Below are positions 1-9,850 of a stretch of DNA of 48,102 nt, one piece after another. The translations under genes and the position numbers were made by a program. The notes below the pieces were generated by a model. The model made no database searches and was not told the DNA's origin. It saw only the letters and a program-made list of their open reading frames with translations. This DNA is from an uncultured archaeon. Lineage in GTDB: Archaea; Asgardarchaeota; Thorarchaeia; Thorarchaeales; Thorarchaeaceae. Position 1 is the stretch's first letter. Each line of letters opens with the position of its first letter. The stretch covers positions 1-48,102 of the forward strand of contig CAZSWP010000003.1 of NCBI GenBank assembly GCA_964610875.1, read 5' to 3'.

Positions 1-107
1 TCTGTTTTCCAAGACCGTTTGGAGTATTAGCTGAGAAGTGGGGGATTCCTCGAGGGAATAAAACAATTAAGAATTTAGGACTCCATGAGATTATCATCAA
101 AGAAACA

Positions 108-731
108 TTGGAGATGAAGATTCTATACCTGTGTGAGATGGTCCCAGAAGATGGCTGTTTTTCAAGCGGGAAGTTTTCAATAACACGTAATGTTACTGTA
201 TACATAGGTCATGGAAACGAATCTTACAGAGAGAGAGGATTTCAAAGCATACTGACATACGAGGAAGTATGCTACATTGAGGAAACAGGAGAATCAATGG
301 CTGAGAGTCAGTCCTTGGGATATGAAGAAGGGGAGAGAATACGAATTGCATTCACTGAATTAGAGAGAAGAGCAGACAAGGGAGATAAAATAGCTGAAAT
401 GATAGCAACTAAAATAGACAATACTCCTAGTAGATTATTGAGAAATGAGGTGTTTTCCATACTAAAACCTTTAGGAATAGAGTGTTCTTTTGACCCTACA
501 GAGATTACACTATCGAGAAAAACAGGAAGTGTATCTGTCAAATGGGCTAGCTCTACTTCTACCAAAGAAGACGCAATTAGGTGGGCATTGCTTGCTCCAC
601 CAAATCATCATAGGAAATTTTCGAAGGTTTACGAGTTCATTATAAAAAACAAAGATTTCGCATTAGAAATTGCAAATGAGCTGGAGTCTGAGGGGCTTCA
701 GGTGTCGGATAGGTGGAGGGATTTGCTATAA
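108..731 (+). CDS. hypothetical protein
   Basis: 207-aa ORF, AT-rich, no motif recognised; stop abuts the next ATG at 733. Confidence 0.65.
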   Translation: MEMKILYLCEMVPEDGCFSSGKFSITRNVTVYIGHGNESYRERGFQSILTYEEVCYIEETGESMAESQSLGYEEGERIRIAFTELERRADKGDKIAEMIATKIDNTPSRLLRNEVFSILKPLGIECSFDPTEITLSRKTGSVSVKWASSTSTKEDAIRWALLAPPNHHRKFSKVYEFIIKNKDFALEIANELESEGLQVSDRWRDLL

Positions 732-732
732 T

Positions 733-1512
733 ATGACATCTGAAAGAATATTGAAAATAATTGGTAAGAAACTGAAATCGGAAATAGACCAAAAAATACC
801 CCTGAAAGTATTGAAACAGGTCATCTCTGATGAGTTTGAAGGTAAAGATATTGATGAAATAATTGATGAGGGGCTGATTGCATTTCAGTTCAATCTTGTC
901 TTCGATTATCCTCATGATAGATGGAATATGCCGAAATACACTCCTATCTGGCATCTGAAATTATTCTCACCGGAAGAGGAACAACAACTTCGTAATCTTA
1001 GTTCTGTTGATTTATCAATAATCAGGATCATACAAATGAAGCGAAGTGATGAGATGTTGGGTATGATGAAAGTTACAGAAGTTATTACTGAACTGGCAAA
1101 AATGGGATATAATACAGAGGACAAAGTTAGGATAAGTGTCCCCAACTTCATTAAGAAACACTATGAATACAATGGTGATGAACTAACCAAGTGGTGTTAC
1201 TTGATTCCTGAGTATGAGAAGACCGAAGAATACAAGCGAGCAGAAGAGGAGATGAATCGGGAGGCGGATGAGAGAGCTGCAAGAAAAGCATTCTACGCAG
1301 ATGCTTTTGACTTGGCAGATGCTATTTGTGGAATTCTACAGGAACACAAAGACGGTTTCTCAAAAGAGGAGATCAGCAAGAGACTCTCGTGGTACTATCC
1401 CAAGGCTCTCGAAAGGGCTTTTGCCATCAACTTGGAGGATGGGAACATCGAACTGGTGAAACTACCTAATGGCACCGAGGTCTATCGTATCGTGGCGAGT
1501 GAACTAGATTGA
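733..1512 (+). CDS. hypothetical protein, possibly with winged-helix-like segments
   Basis: ORF 670-1512, probable ATG at 733 (MTSERILK); its KWCYLIPEYEKTEEY segment is repeated in a fragment at 1811-1969. Confidence 0.7.
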   Translation: MTSERILKIIGKKLKSEIDQKIPLKVLKQVISDEFEGKDIDEIIDEGLIAFQFNLVFDYPHDRWNMPKYTPIWHLKLFSPEEEQQLRNLSSVDLSIIRIIQMKRSDEMLGMMKVTEVITELAKMGYNTEDKVRISVPNFIKKHYEYNGDELTKWCYLIPEYEKTEEYKRAEEEMNREADERAARKAFYADAFDLADAICGILQEHKDGFSKEEISKRLSWYYPKALERAFAINLEDGNIELVKLPNGTEVYRIVASELD

Positions 1513-1560
1513 TTGGGCTTTATTTTTGATTAAAAGCGTTATGCGTACTCAAAATTAGAA

Positions 1561-1705
1561 TGGTAGCGGGTAAAGGATTCGAACCTTTGATCTCGGGGTT
1601 TCCCGAAGCGAAGCCCGTAGGCGGAACCGCCATATGAGCCCCGCGGGATAGATTGCCATTTAGTCAAGCAATATTTTAACTAAATCCTGGCTTCCCCAAC
1701 CCGCT
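1561..1705 (-). tRNA. initiator tRNA-Met(CAT) with two introns (D-loop 1653-1685; 37/38 1600-1632), CCA encoded
   Basis: Acceptor AGCGGGT/ACCCGCT (A1-U72), D stem GGGA/TCCC, anticodon stem CGGGG/CCCCG around CT-CAT-AA, T arm AAAGG-TTCGAAT-CCTTT, ACCA end. Confidence 0.93.
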
Positions 1706-1810
1706 ATTTGAACAAACAGCTGCTTGAATAAGTCACCAAGTTCCTGTTGTGATTCAAAGACTCGCCCTCCAAGTTTTAAAGTTATTCATAAAGCTAACAG
1801 AATCAACCTG

Positions 1811-1969
1811 TCAATCCTGATCATGGGGTCGACAGATGTCTTCCAGCATCAAAGCCCCTCGTGTTTCACGTTCCGCATGGGCATCAGCTTGTGCTTTTCT
1901 GTACTCCTCTATCTTCTCATACTCGGGGATTATCCGACACCATTTCACATCAGTGGCACCATGTGACAT
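1811..1969 (-). pseudogene. 52-codon fragment paralogous to the 733-1512 protein
   Basis: Translates MSHGATDVKWCRIIPEYEKIEEYRKAQ..., matching TKWCYLIPEYEKTEEYKRAE. Confidence 0.7.
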
Positions 1970-2025
1970 AATCTATAATATATGCATTTGAGGTAAAAGA
2001 GCTATTGATTCAAGCGAGTGATAGA

Positions 2026-2538
2026 TTATACAGGTACTTCTCTAGGAGTGACTATCTGTTCTTCGTCCACCAGTTTGAACCAATCAAATGCAGAGGGATA
2101 ATCGAAATCAGTATGTCCACGATATTTGCCAATCCATCTCCAGCAGGGCACACCATCCAAAATCTCCAGTTTGTAGAGATTTGCACGCATGAAATTAAAA
2201 CGGACCTCAAGAAGAGCCCCTGGATCAAGTTGTGCTGCCAATTCATCTATTTCAGCAACAACAAGAGGTTCTCTACCATCAGAGTCAAGCGATCCACCTT
2301 GTGAGATGTATTTCCTTGATTTCTCCCCTGTGCGAGTGTCTTGGATGATGATGGCAACATATGGTCTTGTAATCGGGTCATAGTATCTAGGGATGGAAGG
2401 ATGTCGAATCAATATGTAATCGCTGATTAGCTCCATATTCGAAACTAATTCCTGTCGCAAGGCCGTTCTCTCCACCATAGAACTAGTAAAAACACCATAT
2501 AAGAGAGCGTTAGACATGTATGTGTAGCCATATTGCAC
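2026..2538 (-). CDS. hypothetical protein (start probably downstream of 2538)
   Basis: 170-aa ORF with protein-like composition, no family recognised. Confidence 0.55.
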   Translation of the reverse strand: MQYGYTYMSNALLYGVFTSSMVERTALRQELVSNMELISDYILIRHPSIPRYYDPITRPYVAIIIQDTRTGEKSRKYISQGGSLDSDGREPLVVAEIDELAAQLDPGALLEVRFNFMRANLYKLEILDGVPCWRWIGKYRGHTDFDYPSAFDWFKLVDEEQIVTPREVPV

Positions 2539-2692
2539 TCTGCCGGCGTTTTATTGAGGAAACTGGCAATCCTATTTCTCCTTTCATAGAATGGAGTATT
2601 ATGACGGATAAACAACGATTTTGTGCTTCTTTATGGCTTAACAAATGGTCATACTGGATTTGGATGTCGTATCAGCAATAATTTGAGTGAAG

Positions 2693-3004
2693 TTATTCTG
2701 CTATCTCTTCAGCAATGCCAACTATGAGTTTGCGACCTTCAAATAATGCACGCGCCATTTTAGACCTAGCACTGGATAGTAAACGCCAGATAGTTCCTCT
2801 GGATACACCCATCCTACTACCTGCTTCCTCTTGGTATAATCCCTCAATGTCAACAAGTCGTAGAACTTCAGCTTCAGCAAGATCGAGGTATATCGGTGGT
2901 TGTTTTTCGGAAGGATTTGGAATCAAACTCTCAGCTTTTGGTTTCGTATCTATATTTGGTTGAATTGGAAATCTTCCTCGACCGCCTCTTCTTCGTCTGT
3001 GCAA
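2693..3004 (-). CDS. DUF134 family predicted DNA-binding protein
   Basis: EVLRLVDIEGLYQEEAGSRMGVSRGTIWRLLSSARSKMARALFEG HTH signature. Confidence 0.9.
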   Translation of the reverse strand: MHRRRRGGRGRFPIQPNIDTKPKAESLIPNPSEKQPPIYLDLAEAEVLRLVDIEGLYQEEAGSRMGVSRGTIWRLLSSARSKMARALFEGRKLIVGIAEEIAE

Positions 3005-3179
3005 TATATATCACCATCCAGTACGTTACAAACTGAAACTATCGGTATTATCTCTTCCGTATGAAATAATAAACTTGTTTCGTAACTTTTGGTTTTGTTT
3101 TTACGTATTTCGCCAATAGGAGTGAACACTTATCTCTGAGATAATTCTATTCTTGTATTACATGTAGAGGTCGATATTG

Positions 3180-4397
3180 ATGGGGTTCAGTATTGGTATT
3201 ATCGGAAAACCTTCTTGTGGCAAGACTTCTTTCACTAATGCTGCATGCATGACCAAGTTCAAGGAGGGTAGCTATCCATTTACAACAATTGAGGCAAATG
3301 TGGGAGTGACCCATGTAAGAACTCAGTGTGCTTGTAATGATTTTGATGTAGAAGACAATCCAAAGAACTCCATCTGCATTGATGGGGTCAGACTTGTTCC
3401 AGTGAAGCTTATTGATGTTGCAGGGCTTGTACCAGGAGCACATGAGGGAAGAGGAATGGGAAACCAGTTTCTTGACGATTTGAGTCAGGCGGATGTTCTC
3501 ATTCATATTGTTGATGCCAGTGGGTCTCTTGATGCGGAAGGTCAGGAGATTGACACTGGAAGTTATGATCCAATTGACGATGTCAGATTTCTTGAAGAAG
3601 AGCTGACTGAATGGATGTTTAATATTGTGACGAAAGAGTGGCGACGAATTTCTTCACGTGTCCGTGCAGAAGGAGCAAAATTGGATGAACTTCTGCTAGC
3701 AAAGCTCTCTGGACTTCAAATCACACGTTCACACATTCTTAGAGCAATAAGAACCTCAGGTCTTACGGCTCAAGCAGCAGACAAGTGGACAGATGATGAG
3801 ATTCGAAATTTTGTATCAATCTTGCGACATGTTTCGAAACCAATCATCATTGCCGCCAACAAGATTGACCGGGCCAAGGCAGAAGACAATTACTTACGAT
3901 TACAAAAAACATTCCCCGATTATTTGGTCATCCCAGTCAGTGCATTAGCGGAAAAAGTGTTGAAAGACCTAGAGCAAAAGAAGATTATCAAATATATTCC
4001 AGGTGACGATAATTTTGAGATTCTTCAACCAGATAAGTTGAGCGAGAGCGAAATTGCGCAACTGGAAAAAATCAAGACCGATATATTGAAGAAATACAAT
4101 GGCTCCGGAGTACAGAACATTCTAAATCAAGCAGTCTTCGAGTTTCTGCATATGATTACAGTGTATCCAGTTCATGATGCAAATACATTGACTGATAGTG
4201 ATGGAAATGTCCTTCCTGATGTATTTCTTGTACCAGAAGGCACTACAGCAAAGGAGTTTGCAGGAGTGATTCATACTGATCTTATGGATTCCTTTATCCA
4301 TGCTATTGATGCCAGAACGAAGATGAAAGTATCAGAAAAGCATGAATTAAAGGACAGAGATGTCATCAAGATTGTTTCAGCAAAGGGCACCAAATAG
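3180..4397 (+). CDS. ychF: YchF/Obg-family ATPase with TGS domain
   Basis: GKPSCGKT P-loop, YPFTTI, DVAGLV, NKID, C-terminal TGS (IHTDL). Confidence 0.93.
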   Translation: MGFSIGIIGKPSCGKTSFTNAACMTKFKEGSYPFTTIEANVGVTHVRTQCACNDFDVEDNPKNSICIDGVRLVPVKLIDVAGLVPGAHEGRGMGNQFLDDLSQADVLIHIVDASGSLDAEGQEIDTGSYDPIDDVRFLEEELTEWMFNIVTKEWRRISSRVRAEGAKLDELLLAKLSGLQITRSHILRAIRTSGLTAQAADKWTDDEIRNFVSILRHVSKPIIIAANKIDRAKAEDNYLRLQKTFPDYLVIPVSALAEKVLKDLEQKKIIKYIPGDDNFEILQPDKLSESEIAQLEKIKTDILKKYNGSGVQNILNQAVFEFLHMITVYPVHDANTLTDSDGNVLPDVFLVPEGTTAKEFAGVIHTDLMDSFIHAIDARTKMKVSEKHELKDRDVIKIVSAKGTK

Positions 4398-4545
4398 ATG
4401 GCGAAAGCATTTCTGTACCATTGTTCTGAATTTAAGCACCAACAGAAGATAGTACATAGAACTGATAGTACTATGCATGTTTCTGACAGATTTTGCCATG
4501 ATTTCGCATTGAATCTTTACATCTGAACACACAGGCTTTGACTGT

Positions 4546-5007
4546 GTGTTTATTATTGAGCAAAACACTGGAGCTGGCGAAATATTGCAGGTGTATAAGA
4601 CACTGGCAGAAGCAAAGTCTGAAGGATACCATCTTGGTAGACGAGGAGCATTTCCTACTGTCTACAGTCGCGGAAGGTCAGAATTTATTCTGGTCCCCTG
4701 TAGAGAGGTACCTCCAGCTGAATCATGGCCTGTTCTAAAGTGGGTAGGTATGTCCTCTAAAGCGGAGCTGTACAATTATGATTGGATTCCTGTGCTTTCG
4801 CGCTTGGATAGTATTCATAATGCAAAGTTAGCTTGTGGACTATTCCATCTACTAGGTTATGAGCCCGTCATTGTTGAGTACAGAAACAGAGGGGTGTTTG
4901 ATATTTTCATCAAGGAGTCATTGATTCCTGATAGCGACCATGTTGTCAAGGTAACAGCCCCGAACTGTTCTGTTCTACACCTGCATGCCACACCTAAGCA
5001 GGATTGA
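4546..5007 (+). CDS. hypothetical protein
   Basis: 153-aa ORF filling the gap, convergent with the flavin reductase. Confidence 0.6.
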   Translation: MFIIEQNTGAGEILQVYKTLAEAKSEGYHLGRRGAFPTVYSRGRSEFILVPCREVPPAESWPVLKWVGMSSKAELYNYDWIPVLSRLDSIHNAKLACGLFHLLGYEPVIVEYRNRGVFDIFIKESLIPDSDHVVKVTAPNCSVLHLHATPKQD

Positions 5008-5009
5008 GT

Positions 5010-5546
5010 TCATTCAATCTTGCTACCTAGGCTCCAATATTCACCTGTGGTTGGAAGATAGGTGAATAATGCACTCTTTTCGACATCCATCCTGTTCCGT
5101 TCATTGAGAATAGACTCATCCATATGAACTGCAAGAATCTCTGCGATGAATAAATCATGAGCACCGACATTCATAATATTGATAGTCTTACATTCAATAT
5201 TAATTGGACATTCTTCAATGAGAGGGGCATCAATCTTACTGGCTTGAATAGCAGTCAGATTACACTCTTTGAATTTATCATGGTCCTTTCCCGATTTCGT
5301 TCCACAGAATACTGCAGCATCATGTTGGTCACTACTAGGGATATTTACAACAAACACTCCAGCTTGCTTTACTAAATCATAACTATATCGTTCAGGACGA
5401 ATTCCAAGACCAATACTTGGAGGCTTACTACATATATTCGCAGCCCATGAGAGGGTGATAATATTTGGATGTTTATCGCCTTTAACGCTGAGTAGCACAA
5501 CTGGGCAAGGCACAAGAGATGTAAAGGGTTTCAATTCTTTCTTCAT
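5010..5546 (-). CDS. flavin reductase family protein
   Basis: PCPVVLLS, NIITLSW, FCGTKSGKDHDKF, GAHDLFIAEI; start placed at MKKELK. Confidence 0.92.
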   Translation of the reverse strand: MKKELKPFTSLVPCPVVLLSVKGDKHPNIITLSWAANICSKPPSIGLGIRPERYSYDLVKQAGVFVVNIPSSDQHDAAVFCGTKSGKDHDKFKECNLTAIQASKIDAPLIEECPINIECKTINIMNVGAHDLFIAEILAVHMDESILNERNRMDVEKSALFTYLPTTGEYWSLGSKIE

Positions 5547-5647
5547 GTATAACACAAGAGAAGTACTCAGATAAGAAAATGTCGCAGACATCAGATTTAA
5601 GTCGGAGCAGCATCCGATTTTGACCATAACTCAAAGAGGGTTTGACA

Positions 5648-6559
5648 ATGTCACGTGTGCTTGTAGCAGATCCAATAGCAGATTCAGCCGTAGCAAAAAT
5701 CAAAGATGCCGGAATTGAAGTTGTCCTTCGGGATGCAACTAAGGATGGGCCCATTGAAGAACATATCAAGGGTTTTGATGGTGTCATTGTGAGAAGTGCT
5801 ACTAAAATTACGAAAGAGGTAATTGAGAGTGCAGATCAACTCAAAGTCGTAGTACGAGCTGGAGTTGGTCTTGATAACGTTGACCAAGACGCAGCAAAAG
5901 AGAAAGGAGTCAAAGTGCTAAATACTCCAGAAGCACCTACAGTTTCAGTTGCTGAAATGGTATTCTCACACATGTTTGGATTAGCACGAAACATAACTCG
6001 TGCGGATAGTTCCATGAAGACTGAGAAATGGGAAAAGAAGAAACTGACTGGCACTGAACTCTGGAATAAGACGCTTGGGATTGTCGGTTTTGGTAGAATT
6101 GGCCAAGAAGTTGCAAAGAGGGCCAAAGCCTTAGAGATGGAGGTGCTGGCTTACGATGTCTTAGACATTGATGATATTTGCAAGGAGATGGGAGCTGAAC
6201 GTACAGAGCTCGACGATCTCTTGACGCGTTCTGATTATGTGACTCTTCATGTTCCACTTCTTCCACAGACCAAGAACATGATTAGTGAGAAACAGTTTGA
6301 GATGATGAAAGAAACAGCATTCCTAGTAAACACCGCCCGAGGTGGAGTTGTTGATGAGAAGGCATTAGTCAAGGCACTTGATGAAGGTAAGATTGCAGGT
6401 GCTGGTCTTGATGTGTTTGAGGAAGAACCCCCTAGTGATTGGAGTATTATCAAACATCCACTACTAATTGCAACGCCACATATTGCATCATCAACAAGGG
6501 AAGCCCAAGACCGTGTTGGTGACCTCACCGCACAGAAGATAATCGATGAACTTGCATAG
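5648..6559 (+). CDS. serA: D-3-phosphoglycerate / D-2-hydroxyacid dehydrogenase (no ACT domain)
   Basis: RAGVGLDNVD, GIVGFGRIG, NTARGGVVDE, LDVFEEEP, TPHIA. Confidence 0.85.
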   Translation: MSRVLVADPIADSAVAKIKDAGIEVVLRDATKDGPIEEHIKGFDGVIVRSATKITKEVIESADQLKVVVRAGVGLDNVDQDAAKEKGVKVLNTPEAPTVSVAEMVFSHMFGLARNITRADSSMKTEKWEKKKLTGTELWNKTLGIVGFGRIGQEVAKRAKALEMEVLAYDVLDIDDICKEMGAERTELDDLLTRSDYVTLHVPLLPQTKNMISEKQFEMMKETAFLVNTARGGVVDEKALVKALDEGKIAGAGLDVFEEEPPSDWSIIKHPLLIATPHIASSTREAQDRVGDLTAQKIIDELA

Positions 6560-6624
6560 AAACGACCTTGTATGAACAGAACGCGTGCTATCGTTACATC
6601 TTTAAGGATTCAGATATCGATTCA

Positions 6625-6723
6625 ATCGGCCTCAATAGTGTCCTGAGGCCGATACCATTTCCTTTGTGTTGGCGGATACGTCCGCAGGGATGTGGCCCTA
6701 TTTGGGCTGAACCACAAACAAAG
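6625..6723 (+). ncRNA. structured 5' leader of rpl15e, candidate ribosomal-protein leader
   Basis: Perfect 10-bp hairpin ATCGGCCTCA/TGAGGCCGAT, then a multibranch CTTTGT/ACAAAG enclosing GCGGA-TACG-TCCGC and GCCC-TATTT-GGGC; lies between a TTTAAG TATA-like box (about 6601) and the ATG. Confidence 0.65.
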
Positions 6724-6754
6724 AGAATAATTCACTACAAAGGATGGATTAGAC

Positions 6755-7336
6755 ATGTCCGCGTATAAACGAATTGATAAACAGTGGTTAGACGAACAAA
6801 AGGAGCGTTCAGAGCTCGTAAGAAGTCGATTGATTGTCTGGAGAAAACAAGGTAGTATTGTGCGCCTTGAGAAACCAACCAGATTAAGTCGTGCTCGTGC
6901 TTTAGGGTATAAGGCAAAGCAGGGTTATGTAGTAATTAGAGTAAAGACAGGACGTGGCCCACGTGAAAAGCCTCGTCCAAGAATGGGAAGAAAACCCCGT
7001 AGTCTTGGTGTAAGAAAATATACACCCCAAAAATCACGGCGATGGATTGCTGAAGAGCGTGTAGCACGAAAATATCCCAATATGCGTGTATTGAACTCAT
7101 ATTGGGTTGGCTCAGATCATAAGTGGGTATGGCATGAAGTCATACTTGTTGACCCGAACCATCCCTCAATCTATAATGATCCAAAAATAAATTGGATTTG
7201 CGATCCTGTTCAAAAAGGACGTGAGAGTCGTGGACTCACTTCAGCAGGAAAACGTAGCCGTGGACTTCGCAAGAAAGGCGAAGGCGCAGAAAAAGTCCGA
7301 CCCAGTCTAGGTGCCAAGGGCAACACTGGAAAGTAG
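6755..7336 (+). CDS. rpl15e: 50S ribosomal protein L15e
   Basis: PTRLSRARALGYKAKQG, NMRVLNSYWVG, EVILVDP, RGLTSAG. Confidence 0.98.
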   Translation: MSAYKRIDKQWLDEQKERSELVRSRLIVWRKQGSIVRLEKPTRLSRARALGYKAKQGYVVIRVKTGRGPREKPRPRMGRKPRSLGVRKYTPQKSRRWIAEERVARKYPNMRVLNSYWVGSDHKWVWHEVILVDPNHPSIYNDPKINWICDPVQKGRESRGLTSAGKRSRGLRKKGEGAEKVRPSLGAKGNTGK

Positions 7337-7341
7337 ACATT

Positions 7342-7830
7342 ATGACTGATTCCACTCTGTCATCCGAGATTTTTTTTGATAGAGTGGAAGCTCGGGCATT
7401 TTCCCGTGCAACTGAAGTAGTCGAGAGAGTAAGGATTGCATGTTTCAATCTATTCCCGGAAGAACTTCGTAAGAAAATAAAGGTTAGAATTGAAAAGACG
7501 GAGGGTCATCTACATGACCCAATCCAAGTGATTCATGCCACTCTGAGTGGAAAAAGGAATTGTGACAAAGCGTTTACTTATCTTCTGGATAATCTGTCTG
7601 AGGAGGACCAACGAAACTTGCTTCGTTCTCTTGATATTCGCTTGGATGAGAAGTGTGTGTTCTTTGTTAGAATTGATAAGCAATCAGCCTATCTGAACAA
7701 CATACATCTTGGCAATAGACCAGATTTAATCAGGATTAGCTATCATATACGTCAATACCCAAGATGTGAAAGAGATAAAGCAAAAGCGATGATTGTCGAA
7801 CGTATAAGAGATATAGGAGCGCTTGATTGA
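7342..7830 (+). CDS. DUF54/COG1325 RNA-binding protein (exosome-superoperon associated)
   Basis: RATEVVERV, EGHLHDPI, FVRIDKQSAY; conserved position after rpl15e. Confidence 0.82.
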   Translation: MTDSTLSSEIFFDRVEARAFSRATEVVERVRIACFNLFPEELRKKIKVRIEKTEGHLHDPIQVIHATLSGKRNCDKAFTYLLDNLSEEDQRNLLRSLDIRLDEKCVFFVRIDKQSAYLNNIHLGNRPDLIRISYHIRQYPRCERDKAKAMIVERIRDIGALD

Positions 7831-8522
7831 TGCAGCCCATAGATCTCAATGTATGCCCTTCAAACAAAAATGATGTTCATCTTTTCAAGGATATGGCAAA
7901 AACACTTGGTTTTACTGGAATAGCAACATCTTTTGACGTCGAACAAACGGAATCGGTTCAGGAAGAGGGTTTCTTTCTTGTTAGAAGAGAAGAGATAGCA
8001 ACAAAGCAGTTGAATCACCTAAAGAAAATTCTAAATCAAATCAGGAATAGGTCGCTTTTGATTTCTTTATCCTTGGGAGGGATTGATGGTCTTAATTGGG
8101 CAGCATCTGATGGTAGAATAGATTTAATCACACTTTACGGAACTTCAGGAAGCAAATCTCTAAGAACTACTACCGCAAAGTTAGCAGCAGAATCAGGTAC
8201 TTTTCTTGAAGTAGTGGTTGCTCCATTAATCAATGTCATAGGTCTTGTAAGATCGAAAATGCTGAAGTATTATCGAGAAGCAATCAGTATCGCAAAAGCG
8301 GTTGAAATGCCCGTTATGATATCTAGTGGTGCTAAGGAGCCTATGCATATGCGAGCACCGATGGCTCTCGTATATATTGGACAAATGTTAGGTCTTGATT
8401 TTCAATCCGCTAGAGATGCAGTGTTCAAATTGCCACATGAGTTGCTTGAGAGAAATAAAAGGAAAATCTCTCCAGATATGATTGCACCAGGTGTCGAAGT
8501 TGTGAGGAGGAGTGAGAATTGA
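7827..8522 (+). CDS. rnp3: RNase P protein Rpp30
   Basis: ISSGAKEPMHMRAP motif, PHP-like N-terminus, operon context. Confidence 0.85.
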   Translation: MMQPIDLNVCPSNKNDVHLFKDMAKTLGFTGIATSFDVEQTESVQEEGFFLVRREEIATKQLNHLKKILNQIRNRSLLISLSLGGIDGLNWAASDGRIDLITLYGTSGSKSLRTTTAKLAAESGTFLEVVVAPLINVIGLVRSKMLKYYREAISIAKAVEMPVMISSGAKEPMHMRAPMALVYIGQMLGLDFQSARDAVFKLPHELLERNKRKISPDMIAPGVEVVRRSEN

Positions 8523-8827
8523 AAAAGCTACGAAAACGATACTTGCTCTTCAAGTTACATCAGAAGGGAAACCCTGTGACTGAAAAACAGATTGCAAAAG
8601 CAATTTGGAAAAATGTTCTTTCACTCTATGGCGAGATTACTACCTCAGAGTGTAGATTGTATATTAACGAATATAACAAAGAAACAGGAATAGGTTTCCT
8701 GCAATGTACAGCTCCTCATCTTGATCATGTGATTACTGCAGCATCATTGTTGGGAACGATAGCAGATACAAAGGTTTCATTTGAGCCGAAAAAGACCTCT
8801 GGAACTCTCAAAGGTCTACACAGGTAG
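8519..8827 (+). CDS. rnp2: RNase P protein Pop5/Rpp14
   Basis: RKRYLLF, SLYGE and TSGTLK motifs. Confidence 0.88.
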   Translation: MKKLRKRYLLFKLHQKGNPVTEKQIAKAIWKNVLSLYGEITTSECRLYINEYNKETGIGFLQCTAPHLDHVITAASLLGTIADTKVSFEPKKTSGTLKGLHR

Positions 8828-8829
8828 TA

Positions 8830-9246
8830 TTATTCATGCAACTTCACAGGTACTTCTTCTAATTTCGTATCAGTCAAGTAATAGGCTTTGGACTGCCAAG
8901 ACCCAGTCTGTTTTGATGCAACTAACCATATAACGGGGTTTAGACGCATATATCTAAGGTCCCTTTCAGAAGGACGTGGGGGAGCTGGATGAGAATGAAA
9001 AATACAGACGAGTTCCTCACCCCTATTATCAGCTTCTATCAACAGACGATACTGAGTTTCTGGATTCACCATGAACTCAGTGCTTGATTGTATCTCGTTA
9101 TCCACGGGTTCAATTCTTTTCACATTGACCTCTGATTCGGTAGAATTTCCGAAGAGTAGTGCCACTGATTCGTAAGGAAGACATTTCTCTGCATGACTGT
9201 AAAGAGATTCTAGATTCTTCTTAGATATGGATAATGAGCGTTGCAA
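8830..9246 (-). CDS. JAMM/MPN+ (M67) metalloprotease
   Basis: PYE...IFHSHPAPPRPSERD JAMM motif. Confidence 0.92.
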   Translation of the reverse strand: MQRSLSISKKNLESLYSHAEKCLPYESVALLFGNSTESEVNVKRIEPVDNEIQSSTEFMVNPETQYRLLIEADNRGEELVCIFHSHPAPPRPSERDLRYMRLNPVIWLVASKQTGSWQSKAYYLTDTKLEEVPVKLHE

Positions 9247-9262
9247 TAGTTGGTCCTCAGTT

Positions 9263-9700
9263 TCAGAAAGCTGATTTTACTGTTTCAAGTACAATGCATG
9301 TTTCTACTTCCCCAACACCAGGTACTTTGCCCAGCTTTTTCTCAAGAAACAACTTTAGTTGTGTAAGATCATCTACAGTCACTTTTAGCATGACTCCACA
9401 TGCGCCATCCAAGAAATACGCTTCGTCAACCTCTTCGTATTCTTTTACCTTTTCAGCAATTATAGATGCTTGTTTCATCTGAGCTTTGACTCTGACGATG
9501 GCACCAATTTTACGTCCAATCTTAAGTGGGTCGAGTATAACAGTGAATTTCTTGATTATTCCCTCGTTTATTAGGCGTCGCACGCGTCGTCTGATTGTGA
9601 CCTCAGTACGACCGACTTCATCTGCAATCTCACTGTATGATCTTCGTCCATCTTCTTGGAGCATATCGATTATTTGTTGGTCAATCGGGTCTAGTGGCAC
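9263..9700 (-). CDS. Lrp/AsnC family transcriptional regulator
   Basis: LQEDGRRSYSEIADEVG...RRVRRL..EGIIKKF HTH plus RAM domain. Confidence 0.95.
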   Translation of the reverse strand: MPLDPIDQQIIDMLQEDGRRSYSEIADEVGRTEVTIRRRVRRLINEGIIKKFTVILDPLKIGRKIGAIVRVKAQMKQASIIAEKVKEYEEVDEAYFLDGACGVMLKVTVDDLTQLKLFLEKKLGKVPGVGEVETCIVLETVKSAF

Positions 9701-9850
9701 AATTGTTCAACCTCAAGGTATTTAGAATACAGCTCAGATTGAGCGGTAACTGTCTCTAGTCGTACATATACCTTACTAAATGGAGCTACCATAGATAAAA
9801 GAGTGTACGAACTCGAAAGTGACTATGATGTGATTTATCCCGTGTTACTG

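Noticed and set aside
42-53. GGGATTCCTCGA also occurs at 48049-48060, suggesting a terminal repeat
   Set aside because: Only 12 nt, the second copy is within coding sequence, and the enclosed DNA is housekeeping.
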